Below are positions 17,519-26,325 of a DNA stretch of 64,000 nucleotides, piece after piece (the first letter of the stretch is position 1; the number at the start of each line of letters is the position of its first letter). The translations under genes and the position numbers were made by a program. The stretch is from an uncultured Candidatus Saccharibacteria bacterium (GTDB taxonomy: Bacteria; Patescibacteriota; Doudnabacteria; UBA920). Where the stretch lies: contig CAYQEU010000002.1 of NCBI GenBank assembly GCA_964416765.1, forward strand, positions 78,877 through 142,876. Reading direction: 5' to 3'. Below the pieces are notes generated by a model. It was not told where the DNA came from. It made no database searches and saw only the letters and a list, made by a program, of their open reading frames with translations.

Positions 17519-19132
17519 TCAGCTTCTAGCAAATAGACTAAAGGGTAGCTGAACAAACGAAATATTATATTCATCTAATATTTCTTTGTCTAGAAAGCAG
17601 GCGGGAGCGTATACTATTTTCCTTCCACTTTTATCCTTCACAAGTTCTAGCCAATCTCTCGTAATTGCTAGCTCCTTTAGGTCTTCGATTGAATTTGCGT
17701 ATATCAAATATACCCCAGTTCTTTTGGCTGCAGATAATATTTCCCAGGTCTCATCAGGCTTTTCTACCTGATCAATTGGATTACCGGTAGCGAGATAATG
17801 TACATATTTAGCAAAGTTACTCCAGGTCGGCAAATCTTTCCCGGCCAAAATTTTTCTTCCTTCAATAGAAGGTCCGAGTTTATAATACGTAAATCCGTCT
17901 TTGAGCTTATCCCTTTCAATAACTTTTTTTACACGATCACGCGTTATCTCATGTACGTAATTATACCCGGCTGCTTTTGCTTGAGTTTTCTCCGCTAAGG
18001 TTTCGGGTAGCTGTACCAGAATATATTTCATATTTAATTCTTTTTCTTGATTTAATTCCAATACAGCTTGTGCAGTTGTCCCTGATCCGGCAAATGAATC
18101 TAATATTATAGAGCCCTCTTCGGCGACTACACCGATTATGCGTTTTATTAATTCAGGAGGCTTTGGATTATCAAAAACTTTTTTGCCAAAGAGTTCAGCC
18201 ATAGAATCAGCAGCATCTTTATTGGTAGTACTATCAATAAAAAGCATGTCTTCGATAGCCAAAATCGATCTCATAACTTTTCCCGTTGGCTGTCTCACTT
18301 TATGCAATACTGTCCAACCCCCATTTTTATTCTTTTCGAATTTTATATCTCCCGAGGCAAGCTTCGCGTGAAAAGTCTTCTCAGAAACTTGCCATGTACC
18401 TTTTTTAATAACTTCACCATCCGGAAGCTTAACATCGTATATAATTGGATTATTTAGACCTGGCCTTGATAAAGTGTCCCAATAAAATTTACTTATTTTA
18501 TCCTCTTCCTTGTACCTTTTTAAATATTGCTCTGTGTAGGAAACTCTCCACTTATCATGAGAGTTTTTCTCATTGGTATATACCAACACATACTCGTGAT
18601 CCACTGCAAAAAACTGTGAGTCATTACCACCTCCATTTCTTTTTTTCCATACTAGATTGGCAATGTGATTTTCTAATCCAAAAATTTCATTCATTAAACT
18701 TATTAGGTTGTGTACCTCGTTTTCATCTATAGATATAAATATCACACCATCCTCTGCAAGGAGTTCTCTCAAAAGTTTTAATCTTGGTGTCATCATGCAC
18801 AACCATTTGTCATGCCGGGTTAGATCCTCGCCTTCTTTACCGACTGTTTTACCAATCCATTCTTTTATAATAGGATTGGCAACATTATCATTGTAAGACC
18901 AGCCTTCCTCTCCGGTATTGTAAGGGGGATCAATATAAATACATTTAATGTTGCCTCGGTATTTAGGTAATAAAGCTTTTAAGGCCAATAAGTTATCGCC
19001 TTCTATTATTAAATTTTCTTTATCGTTTAAACCAGGAATAGAGTTCGGAACATCTTTATCTAACGTATGATAAGGCACGGAAAGATGATGATTCCATACC
19101 GCCGCTTTCCCTTTAAAATTTAATGAAGCCAT
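17519..19132 (-). CDS. mod: Type III restriction-modification Mod DNA methyltransferase
   Basis: IEGDNL, IDPPYNTG and DSFAGSGTT in beta-class order; adjacent to res. Confidence 0.92.
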   Translation of the reverse strand: MASLNFKGKAAVWNHHLSVPYHTLDKDVPNSIPGLNDKENLIIEGDNLLALKALLPKYRGNIKCIYIDPPYNTGEEGWSYNDNVANPIIKEWIGKTVGKEGEDLTRHDKWLCMMTPRLKLLRELLAEDGVIFISIDENEVHNLISLMNEIFGLENHIANLVWKKRNGGGNDSQFFAVDHEYVLVYTNEKNSHDKWRVSYTEQYLKRYKEEDKISKFYWDTLSRPGLNNPIIYDVKLPDGEVIKKGTWQVSEKTFHAKLASGDIKFEKNKNGGWTVLHKVRQPTGKVMRSILAIEDMLFIDSTTNKDAADSMAELFGKKVFDNPKPPELIKRIIGVVAEEGSIILDSFAGSGTTAQAVLELNQEKELNMKYILVQLPETLAEKTQAKAAGYNYVHEITRDRVKKVIERDKLKDGFTYYKLGPSIEGRKILAGKDLPTWSNFAKYVHYLATGNPIDQVEKPDETWEILSAAKRTGVYLIYANSIEDLKELAITRDWLELVKDKSGRKIVYAPACFLDKEILDEYNISFVQLPFSLFARS

Positions 19133-19135
19133 AGA

Positions 19136-19318
19136 TTATTTAACTAGGGAATTATACAAAAACTTACCCAGATCGGTCTTTTCTATTCTGAATTCTTTAC
19201 CTATTTTATAAGCCTTTAGCTTTTTGGCTTTTATCTTACGGTATATAGTAATTTTATTTAGTTTCAGCATTTTCGCTACCTCGTATGGAGTGTAGTAAAA
19301 TTTTGATTCTTTGATCAT
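19136..19318 (-). CDS. Excisionase/MerR-like HTH protein, candidate regulator of the RM operon
   Basis: YTPYEVAKMLKL...TIYRKI...KLKAYKIGKEFRI pattern. Confidence 0.85.
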   Translation of the reverse strand: MIKESKFYYTPYEVAKMLKLNKITIYRKIKAKKLKAYKIGKEFRIEKTDLGKFLYNSLVK

Positions 19319-19324
19319 ATAGTC

Positions 19325-19353
19325 AGTATACTTTTGTATACACTCTTGTGCAA
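19325..19353 (-). promoter_or_regulatory. Leaderless promoter of the HTH-mod-res operon
   Basis: TTGCAC-17 bp-TATACT-6 nt-ATG, containing two GTATAC palindromes. Confidence 0.65.
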
Positions 19354-19417
19354 GCTAATAAAAGTTGGTTTAGATTTCCATAACTAAAAACCGCCAAGAA
19401 AGGCGGTTAAATTATAC

Positions 19418-19507
19418 TGGCGGAGAGGGAGGGATTCGAACCCTCGAGCCCCTTTCGGAGCAACCGGTTTTCGAGACCAGCGCACTAGACCACTATGCGA
19501 CCTCTCC
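19418..19507 (-). tRNA. tRNA-Ser(CGA)
   Basis: Cloverleaf with long variable arm, loop CTCGAAA, GCCA end. Confidence 0.95.
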
Positions 19508-19548
19508 GAAAGTTCCGTTATTTATTCTTATCTATATTATACCTAAAC

Positions 19549-20208
19549 CTACCCTAAGCTACCATAAGTTTCACAAAAGGTTTTACGGTGTATGTCGCTA
19601 AGGCCATGGGTAGCCAAAGCCTCCCTGTGTTTCCTGGTAGCGTACCCTTTATGCACCTCAAACCCATATTTTGGGAACTTCTTGGCTAGCCTCATCATTA
19701 ATCGGTCTCTGTAAGTCTTGGCAAGAATGGAAGCCGCGCTAACTGATAACGCAATCGCATCTGCTTTCACCACAGCTTCCTGCGCGTGACTAATTCCGGG
19801 AACAGTAAACCTTCCATCGACAATTACAAAACTTGTTACGCTTTCCAGTGTTCCATGTGAAAACATTTTGTGCGCATTCCTTACCGCGCGCTTCATTGCC
19901 AGTAAGTTTGCGTGGTGGATGTTCACCTTATCAATCATCTCTGCATGTGCCATACCAATTCCGAAAGCTAATGCTTCCTTTCTCAATATTCTTTCCAGCA
20001 TGAAACGTTTCTCAGCCGTCAGTTTCTTGCTGTCATTTAGTTCTTTGTACCAGCCTCTGCGCTTTTGTGCAGCAATGGGGTCCAGGATTACAGCTGCTGC
20101 CACTACAGGCCCTGCCAAACAACCACGCCCAGCTTCATCACACCCAATAACCGCGGCGTAACCTTCAGCAAGCTTTTGTTTTTCCAGTTTAAAGTGTGGG
20201 TATTTCAT
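19549..20208 (-). CDS. rnhB: Ribonuclease HII
   Basis: GCDEAGRG, DSKKL, SAASILAK and HKGY motifs. Confidence 0.96.
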   Translation of the reverse strand: MKYPHFKLEKQKLAEGYAAVIGCDEAGRGCLAGPVVAAAVILDPIAAQKRRGWYKELNDSKKLTAEKRFMLERILRKEALAFGIGMAHAEMIDKVNIHHANLLAMKRAVRNAHKMFSHGTLESVTSFVIVDGRFTVPGISHAQEAVVKADAIALSVSAASILAKTYRDRLMMRLAKKFPKYGFEVHKGYATRKHREALATHGLSDIHRKTFCETYGSLG

Positions 20209-20289
20209 ACGCGTGAAACGGTAGAGATGTTTCAGGCGCCCATACAGGCGCCTTCTTTTCTAACAATGTTGGATATTTAGCTACCATTC

Positions 20290-20365
20290 TTGGTCGGCAG
20301 AGCATTCGCTCTGCACTCCCGCTATGTAATTCGGCTTACTAGCCGAATTACGGCGTGTTGGTCGG
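20290..20365 (-). repeat. 68-bp hairpin element downstream of tRNA-Pro ending in a copy of its 3' end
   Basis: TTGGTCGG at 20290 and 20358, with two hairpins between. Confidence 0.5.
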
Positions 20366-20432
20366 GATGCCGGGAATCGAACCCGGTCTACACGCACCCG
20401 AAGCGTGTGTACTACCGGTATACTACATCCCG
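20359..20432 (-). tRNA. tRNA-Pro(CGG)
   Basis: CGGGATG acceptor, loop TTCGGGT, ACCA end. Confidence 0.95.
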
Positions 20433-20439
20433 CTACGTG

Positions 20440-21330
20440 CTACATTATATCATCACGGCTTTCGAATGGCGAACTCGGGTCTGAGCTGGCTGCCGGGGAG
20501 GTCACATCCAGCAAAATGAAGTGTTTGGTTTCAGGGTTATAGAACAAATTGGGGTATAGGTCGTAGTGCAGGCCGTGGGTTTTGAGCACTTCCTTTATGG
20601 CGTTCAGGCGAAACACCTGGTCGGCAAACACCTCCTGGCCGCGCATTCCTTCGGGCAGGACCACCGGGTCACCATAGTCGTTAAACGGCAGGCCCCGCCA
20701 GTATGAAACGGAGTTGTATCCGGCCGCTTCAATATCTTTCCACTTGGAAACGTGCCAGCTCTCCTTGCCTTTCTGGTAGCCTAGCTGGGATTCAATTACG
20801 GTAACAAAATCAAACTGCTTCAGGAGCTGGGCGGCCTTATGGGTGTTGTGAAACTCTGAGAAACCAGGGTTTATGGTAGATTCGCTCTTTTTAATGAAGT
20901 ACTCTTCGTCGCCGTGCTTCACGCGGAAGTACTCGGTCCGGTCCACCCATTTGCCCCGGGACTTGGAAGTCAGGATCCGGTTGGTCTTCCCCAGCATGGT
21001 CAATTCCAAATTTTGCTTTTCATCCACCAAGGGCTTGCTCGGGCGCAAAAAGGCGTTCCGGCCATACTCATAGGTTTCCGGGTAGTCCAGTTCCTCGCCC
21101 AGCATCTTGATTATCTCCCAGCGTTCTTCATCATTGTTCCACTGGAATTCCATGCCCCCAAAGGTCATGTTCTCCGGAGCATACTCTTGCTCCGCCTGGC
21201 TGACCAGGTTTTTGGTGGCTTTAACAATCTCCGGATTCTGGCGGATCATCTCCCGGAAGTCATTCTCGTAGGCGAGCTTGCGGTGCTCGGTTTCGAAAGA
21301 ACTAAACTGTGAACCTGTTTCCCTAGGCAT
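20440..21330 (-). CDS. Hypothetical protein, possible protein-kinase-like fold
   Basis: 296-aa ORF; YFIKK, a Glu-containing helix and HYDLYPN...ILLD spacing. Confidence 0.6.
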   Translation of the reverse strand: MPRETGSQFSSFETEHRKLAYENDFREMIRQNPEIVKATKNLVSQAEQEYAPENMTFGGMEFQWNNDEERWEIIKMLGEELDYPETYEYGRNAFLRPSKPLVDEKQNLELTMLGKTNRILTSKSRGKWVDRTEYFRVKHGDEEYFIKKSESTINPGFSEFHNTHKAAQLLKQFDFVTVIESQLGYQKGKESWHVSKWKDIEAAGYNSVSYWRGLPFNDYGDPVVLPEGMRGQEVFADQVFRLNAIKEVLKTHGLHYDLYPNLFYNPETKHFILLDVTSPAASSDPSSPFESRDDIM

Positions 21331-21571
21331 CAGCTAAAAATGGTTTAATGGCATCCTCAAAATCTTCTCCCTGGTCGCGGGCGGTGGTAACAGCTTTAAC
21401 AACTTCAGCCAGTTTGACGCGGCGGTCCCCCACCCTTACTATTGTCCCGTCCCCATCATCCTCCCGGGAGAGGTCATGGAGCAAGTCATCGTAGTTGTCG
21501 TTCGACTCCAGCATGTAAGTAATGTTGGTCAACTCATCATCGGGGAATTCCCCGTCAGCAATGTAAGACAT
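21323..21571 (-). CDS. Small acidic hypothetical protein
   Basis: 82-aa ORF tightly coupled to both neighbours. Confidence 0.65.
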   Translation of the reverse strand: MSYIADGEFPDDELTNITYMLESNDNYDDLLHDLSREDDGDGTIVRVGDRRVKLAEVVKAVTTARDQGEDFEDAIKPFLADA

Positions 21572-21572
21572 G

Positions 21573-22496
21573 TTAGGCAGGGTTAGCTTTTAAGTGGCGC
21601 TTGGACTTAAACCAGAACCAGCCGATCACGGTAATGGTGGCAGCCGGGGAAACCCACTCCGGAATGTGCGCGCCGAACGCGTGCAGTACCATGATGGACC
21701 CAAGCACCAGCACCGAGTACATAGCACCGTTTTTTAAATAGATATATTTTTTCACGCGCTCAATGTTGCTCACGGTAATGCGCCGCACTAGCAAAGCGCC
21801 AATCCCGTTGCCGGCAATGATGAGCGGAACGGAAAGCGTGAACGCGAACGCACCAAGCACGCCGTCAATGGAAAAAGTCGTATCGATAATTTCCAGGTAC
21901 AGCAGTTTGCTTATGTCTGACATGCCGGTGTTTTTGGACAGCTCGCTTTCGGTGGCTTCGGCGTTTTCCTTAAACCCGTGGGTGATGAAAAATGCGGTCG
22001 AGCCAACCACAATGCCGAGTGCCATAACCGGGTGCACTTTTATGGCCGCCCACACCAGCACGGTTAGCAAAATGGAAACCACCGCGTAGAACCAAACTCC
22101 CTGCTTCCGGATGAATCTCTCACCGGGCAAGCCAAAGTGCTTGTCTTCCAAAAAGATCCAGTGGAAGAACAGGAAGATAAGGAACGTGCCGCCGCCGGAC
22201 AGCAAGATCGGTTCAGCCGCGTGGAGCGATTCGAGCACCCTCAGGTCACTGCTAAATGTGGCGGTCAAAGCGCCAATCGGCCCCAGGCTCGGAACCGACA
22301 ACCACACTATTACCCAAGGCAGGACTCCCCTAACAATGAATACGGCAAACAGGATGCCCCAGAACAGGAACCACTTCTTGGCCCGCGGGCTCATGGTGCC
22401 AAGAACTTCGGCGTTGATGACCGCGTTATCTATACTGCTGACGGTTTCAAACGCCGCCAGCCCAACTATGGTGAAAATCCAGGAAAATAGATGCAT
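21573..22496 (-). CDS. DUF475/TerC-family membrane protein
   Basis: SIDNAVINA and YLEIIDTTFSIDGVLGAFA motifs. Confidence 0.88.
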   Translation of the reverse strand: MHLFSWIFTIVGLAAFETVSSIDNAVINAEVLGTMSPRAKKWFLFWGILFAVFIVRGVLPWVIVWLSVPSLGPIGALTATFSSDLRVLESLHAAEPILLSGGGTFLIFLFFHWIFLEDKHFGLPGERFIRKQGVWFYAVVSILLTVLVWAAIKVHPVMALGIVVGSTAFFITHGFKENAEATESELSKNTGMSDISKLLYLEIIDTTFSIDGVLGAFAFTLSVPLIIAGNGIGALLVRRITVSNIERVKKYIYLKNGAMYSVLVLGSIMVLHAFGAHIPEWVSPAATITVIGWFWFKSKRHLKANPA

Positions 22497-23284
22497 TATT
22501 TTTTCTGTCTTTCGTTGATGTAACGCTGAATGTCCACAAAGTGGTTAGCTGCTGTTTCAGCGGATTTTTGCCCCTGCCCTGGTTCCAATATTTTGTAAGT
22601 CGAATTTTGTTCCATTTCCAGTTTGCCATCGTGGTCTACCAATTCGTAGGTAGCCCCATAGGCCGCGTTATCAGGGTTATCAAAGTAAGTAACCAAGCCG
22701 GTATTAACGTCTACGCCGGTTTCCCGCTGCGGCCGGTCATTTTCACCGCCGGTCAAAAAGATTCCTTCTTTAGCCACGAACAGTTCTTCACCATTCTCCT
22801 TCTTTACCACCTGGTAGATATAGTCAGATATATAGTAGAAGGAATCGCCTACTTTGCGTTCTTTGCGCAGCTGCTGGATAACCGGGCTGTCATCCTCTAC
22901 TAATATAGAGCCATCTTCAAGCATGGTTGCCTGGTAATCGTCCGTGTAAGCACCGTACATGCTTTCCGGATATTTAGCCCGGCGCTTGCTGTCTATTAAA
23001 TCAACGGTTTTAACATTGTGTTCCTTAACGTATTCCTGGAACTCATGGAAAGTTTTAACCATTTGGTCCATTTTTGTCTTCTCCAAACGCTCGGCATTAG
23101 GATGTTCTTTAGAAAACTGCTGGAGCTGCTCCCCCGACCATTGCTTTGCCTTTTCCACGCAGGCCGAAACGGACATTGCAACAGCCAAAGCCATGGCTAA
23201 TATTTTTTCTTTGCTGTAGTTTTTTCTTTCTTCTTGGGCATCCTGGACTGGCTCCGTCATGCCCTGCTCAAATCTATTTTCCAT
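22496..23284 (-). CDS. Hypothetical protein with a lipobox-like segment
   Basis: Start placed at MENRF because the upstream extension overlaps a tRNA; contains LAVAMSVSAC. Confidence 0.6.
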   Translation of the reverse strand: MENRFEQGMTEPVQDAQEERKNYSKEKILAMALAVAMSVSACVEKAKQWSGEQLQQFSKEHPNAERLEKTKMDQMVKTFHEFQEYVKEHNVKTVDLIDSKRRAKYPESMYGAYTDDYQATMLEDGSILVEDDSPVIQQLRKERKVGDSFYYISDYIYQVVKKENGEELFVAKEGIFLTGGENDRPQRETGVDVNTGLVTYFDNPDNAAYGATYELVDHDGKLEMEQNSTYKILEPGQGQKSAETAANHFVDIQRYINERQKK

Positions 23285-23356
23285 ATGTGAAATATTAATG
23301 TCTGATATTTGGATTTTATCATAAAACCGCCCATGAGGGCGGCTTTTATTTTCTTC

Positions 23357-23430
23357 TGGTGGACCCATGGAGAATCGAACTCCAAACTCATCCATGCCAT
23401 GGACGCGTATTACCATTATACTATGGGCCC
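23357..23430 (-). tRNA. tRNA-Ala(GGC)
   Basis: G3:U70, loop ATGGCAT, ACCA end. Confidence 0.95.
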
Positions 23431-23459
23431 GGAACTGGAATATGCTACGAAATTCTACC

Positions 23460-23726
23460 TTATTCTTTGACTTGTGGCAACTGTCCTTGTTGCGCGTTGG
23501 TCAAAGCGTTCTGCCACTGGTCCGCTTTAGTTTTCAACGCGGGAATAATTCCAATTACATTCAAGACCCAACCGATTATTAACAACGCGAGGAACGCGCC
23601 AAGCACTGAACCAAATCCACCAATCATGCCGCGGAATAACGCCCACCAATTCCCGCCAAGCTTGTCGGAAACTTCCTTAATCTCATGCTGAATGCCTTGT
23701 AATTGGTGCTTTAAATCTGGTTCCAT
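23460..23726 (-). CDS. Small membrane protein
   Basis: MEPDLKHQ start; FRGMIGGFGSVLGA hydrophobic segment. Confidence 0.65.
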   Translation of the reverse strand: MEPDLKHQLQGIQHEIKEVSDKLGGNWWALFRGMIGGFGSVLGAFLALLIIGWVLNVIGIIPALKTKADQWQNALTNAQQGQLPQVKE

Positions 23727-23744
23727 AGTGTTTTGTTTAGATTT

Positions 23745-23819
23745 TGGTCCCCTTGGAGGGAATCGAACCCCCATCTCTCCCTTAGGACGGGATAGCTCTA
23801 TCCATTGAGCTACAAAGGG
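23745..23819 (-). tRNA. tRNA-Arg(CCT)
   Basis: Cloverleaf, loop GTCCTAA, ACCA end. Confidence 0.9.
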
Positions 23820-23911
23820 CCGATAAAGTTAATATTTCGTAAGCAAATTATACCATACTATAGTAAGATAGCGTATAATATGAAGGGAAGTTAAAACATT
23901 CAAAAAATCCC

Positions 23912-25258
23912 ATGAAATTAACAGATAATTTGCCTAGTTACGACCGAATTGTTTCACGTGAAACATTAATGATTATTTTGGGTTCATTATTCCTTTTTAC
24001 CCTGTTTTTCCCTATTCGCTACGTTTTTTATACTAATTCAGCCTATGCGACTGGCGCATACTCGGACTTTACCTCATTTTCCCTCTATTTGAGCGATATT
24101 ATCATCGCTATTTTCTTCATATTTAACTGGCGCCGCTTCTACGATAACAATATTGTTTATTTTTTTGCCATTGTTGGTTTATGGCTAGTACTTACAATTC
24201 TGCGGTCTACCGGATATCTGCCCCTTGAACTTTACTTTTTCTTTAAGTTCTGTGAAATGTTCATTGTTTTCCTCTTTTTCTCGGATATTAAGCACTTGAG
24301 GAAGGGTGGCCAAATTATGCTTTGGACTTTCCTGGGACTGCTATTTCTTCAAAGTTTAATAGGAATTTACCAATTTTGGGCACAAAAATCGCTTGGTTTG
24401 AGCTTTTTCGGAGAGTCTTTTATAGGAGCCCTGGTCCCTGGGGTGGCTAAAATTGTTTCTCATGAAACGACATTTGTGCGGATTTATGGCACTTTACCTC
24501 ATCCAAACATCCTGTCCGCCTTTTTGGTTGTTGGATTAGGCCTTATTGCCTGGCAAATTTTGGATGCGATTAACCGAAAATACCTATTATTCTTGTACAT
24601 TTCGCTTTTTGGAGTACTAACCTCGCTAGTTCTAACCTTCTCGAGGGCTGGTTATCTGGCCGCGGCAGTGGTTGTTGGGGGAGTTATGCTGGGATATATG
24701 GTTAAGTATGGGTTCAGCAACCGGATGAGAAACTTCGTAGTTGGCTTAATTCTGTTTATTGGCTTAAATATGGTGCTTTTTAGTCCATTTTTACAGACTA
24801 GGGCTACTATTTCGGATGATGCTACCAAAGAACGCATCTTCTACAACCAGATCGGTTTCAAAATGATCCATGATAACCCCATAACAGGACAGGGAGTAGG
24901 CTCAACCGTGTTGCACATGGAACAATATTCGCCAGTAAAGCTCCAGCCATGGGAGATCCAACCGATTCATAACTACTATATCCTGGCTTTGGCTGAAATC
25001 GGCATCGTGGGTTTCTGTCTGTTAATTGGGTTTTTTGTCTTCTTACTTATAAAGATAGTTAAAAAAACAACCGGACGGTCATCCGATCCGGCTGTCTACA
25101 TGCGAAGGGTGTTTCTGACTAGCGTGTTTCTGGGAGTATTGGTACTCATGATGTTTGACCACTACTTCTACACTATCCAGTCCACGCAAATGTTGTTGTG
25201 GGCAATTCTCGGTTTGATCTTTGCTGACATCAAACGCAGGGACGAAAAGTATCTATAA
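23912..25258 (+). CDS. O-antigen ligase family membrane protein
   Basis: RIYGTLPHPN, TFSR and HNYY...AEIGIVG motifs; many TMs. Confidence 0.85.
   Translation: MKLTDNLPSYDRIVSRETLMIILGSLFLFTLFFPIRYVFYTNSAYATGAYSDFTSFSLYLSDIIIAIFFIFNWRRFYDNNIVYFFAIVGLWLVLTILRSTGYLPLELYFFFKFCEMFIVFLFFSDIKHLRKGGQIMLWTFLGLLFLQSLIGIYQFWAQKSLGLSFFGESFIGALVPGVAKIVSHETTFVRIYGTLPHPNILSAFLVVGLGLIAWQILDAINRKYLLFLYISLFGVLTSLVLTFSRAGYLAAAVVVGGVMLGYMVKYGFSNRMRNFVVGLILFIGLNMVLFSPFLQTRATISDDATKERIFYNQIGFKMIHDNPITGQGVGSTVLHMEQYSPVKLQPWEIQPIHNYYILALAEIGIVGFCLLIGFFVFLLIKIVKKTTGRSSDPAVYMRRVFLTSVFLGVLVLMMFDHYFYTIQSTQMLLWAILGLIFADIKRRDEKYL
23950..23965. promoter_or_regulatory. parS site (perfect)
   Basis: TGTTTCACGTGAAACA palindrome. 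Confidence 0.85.
24454..24469. promoter_or_regulatory. parS-like site
   Basis: TGTTTCTCATGAAACG. Confidence 0.5.
24909..24924. promoter_or_regulatory. parS-like site
   Basis: TGTTGCACATGGAACA. Confidence 0.6.
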
Positions 25259-25729
25259 TTACTTATGGTATTCCTTACCATTCATAATGGTAATGGCACG
25301 GTAAATTTGTTCTTCGAGCAAAACTCTGGCGAAGTTGTGCGTAAAGGTTAGGGGACTAAGCGAGATTTCGTAGTTAGCATACTCTTTCAAGGAATCGTGC
25401 AGACCCGCGCCGCTGCCGATTACAAAAACCATTTCGGTGCCGATCCCGCCAACGCGTTCCATAAACTGGGCAAACTCCTTTGAGTCACGGAGTTGCCCAT
25501 TTTCTTTTAGTAGAATTACAATTCCGCCTTCGGGAATAGCCTTTATTATAGAGTTGGCTTCTTTTTGTCTGGCGGATTCCATCTGGATTGATGTTTTATA
25601 TGAAACATCTGGCAGCTCTATAACTGTGACTTTGGCAAAAGGGGATAGGCGTTTGAGGTATTCTTTCTCCAATTCAGCGAATGCCTTCTCTTTAAATTTT
25701 CCTAGAGTAATAATTCGAATTTTTAGCAT
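25259..25729 (-). CDS. rlmH: 23S rRNA pseudouridine-1915 N3-methyltransferase
   Basis: FVIGSGAG, SLSPLTFTH and EQIYRA...YHK motifs. Confidence 0.95.
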   Translation of the reverse strand: MLKIRIITLGKFKEKAFAELEKEYLKRLSPFAKVTVIELPDVSYKTSIQMESARQKEANSIIKAIPEGGIVILLKENGQLRDSKEFAQFMERVGGIGTEMVFVIGSGAGLHDSLKEYANYEISLSPLTFTHNFARVLLEEQIYRAITIMNGKEYHK

Positions 25730-25785
25730 GGAATTAGTTTAGCATAAATGCTAAAATGTTTGAGTTAAATTTACTCTATATATTA

Positions 25786-25859
25786 GGGCCCATAGTAAAG
25801 TGGTATTACGCGGCATTCGCATTGCTGAGGCGGGAGTTCGATTCTCCCTGGGTCCACCA
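25786..25859 (+). tRNA. tRNA-Ala(CGC)
   Basis: G3:U70, loop TTCGCAT, ACCA end. Confidence 0.93.
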
Positions 25860-25945
25860 TCATAAAAGCGCCACCTCGTGTGGTGCTTTTATGATTTAGC
25901 GGTGCAACGCATGCCGGAACGGTTAGTGACGGCGGGGTCCACCAT
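25850..25945 (+). repeat. 85-bp element bounded by duplicated tRNA-Ala 3' end
   Basis: GGGTCCACCAT at 25850 and 25935. Confidence 0.65.
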
Positions 25946-25994
25946 AATAGAAGAAAATAAAAACCGCCCTGCATGGGCGGTTTTAAATTTGTAC

Positions 25995-26261
25995 TTACTT
26001 TACGAAGTGTGAGAACCAACGTTCCAGGTACTGGGAGTTTTGGTTAGTGTAGTAAATAACCAAAATTGCGGCGAGGAAAAATACATTCAGGCCAAGGACT
26101 TTCCACAAGTCGTGGCGGATAACCCGGTACTCTTCCCGGTGGGCGGAGTCACCGCTAACGGGAGTGGAGTGGTGACTGTGGACCGCTGCCGGAGCCGCGG
26201 AAACTGTAGCCGAAGGGCTGGCGGAATGCTGTTGATATTTGCGTTTATTCTTTTTAGACAT
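25995..26261 (-). CDS. Small single-TM hypothetical protein
   Basis: MSKKNKRK start preceded by TATAAT-6 nt; C-terminal TM. Confidence 0.65.
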   Translation of the reverse strand: MSKKNKRKYQQHSASPSATVSAAPAAVHSHHSTPVSGDSAHREEYRVIRHDLWKVLGLNVFFLAAILVIYYTNQNSQYLERWFSHFVK

Positions 26262-26325
26262 AGGACAATTATACCAATTTTTTTGATTTGAAAGCAACCG
26301 GAACAAATGCTAATATACGAATACC

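Noticed and set aside
17519-19132. Phase-variable mod gene
   Set aside because: No simple sequence repeat tract seen in or upstream of the ORF.
19136-19318. Prophage or ICE signalled by the excisionase-like gene
   Set aside because: No integrase, phage or conjugation genes, and no att repeat found in the window.
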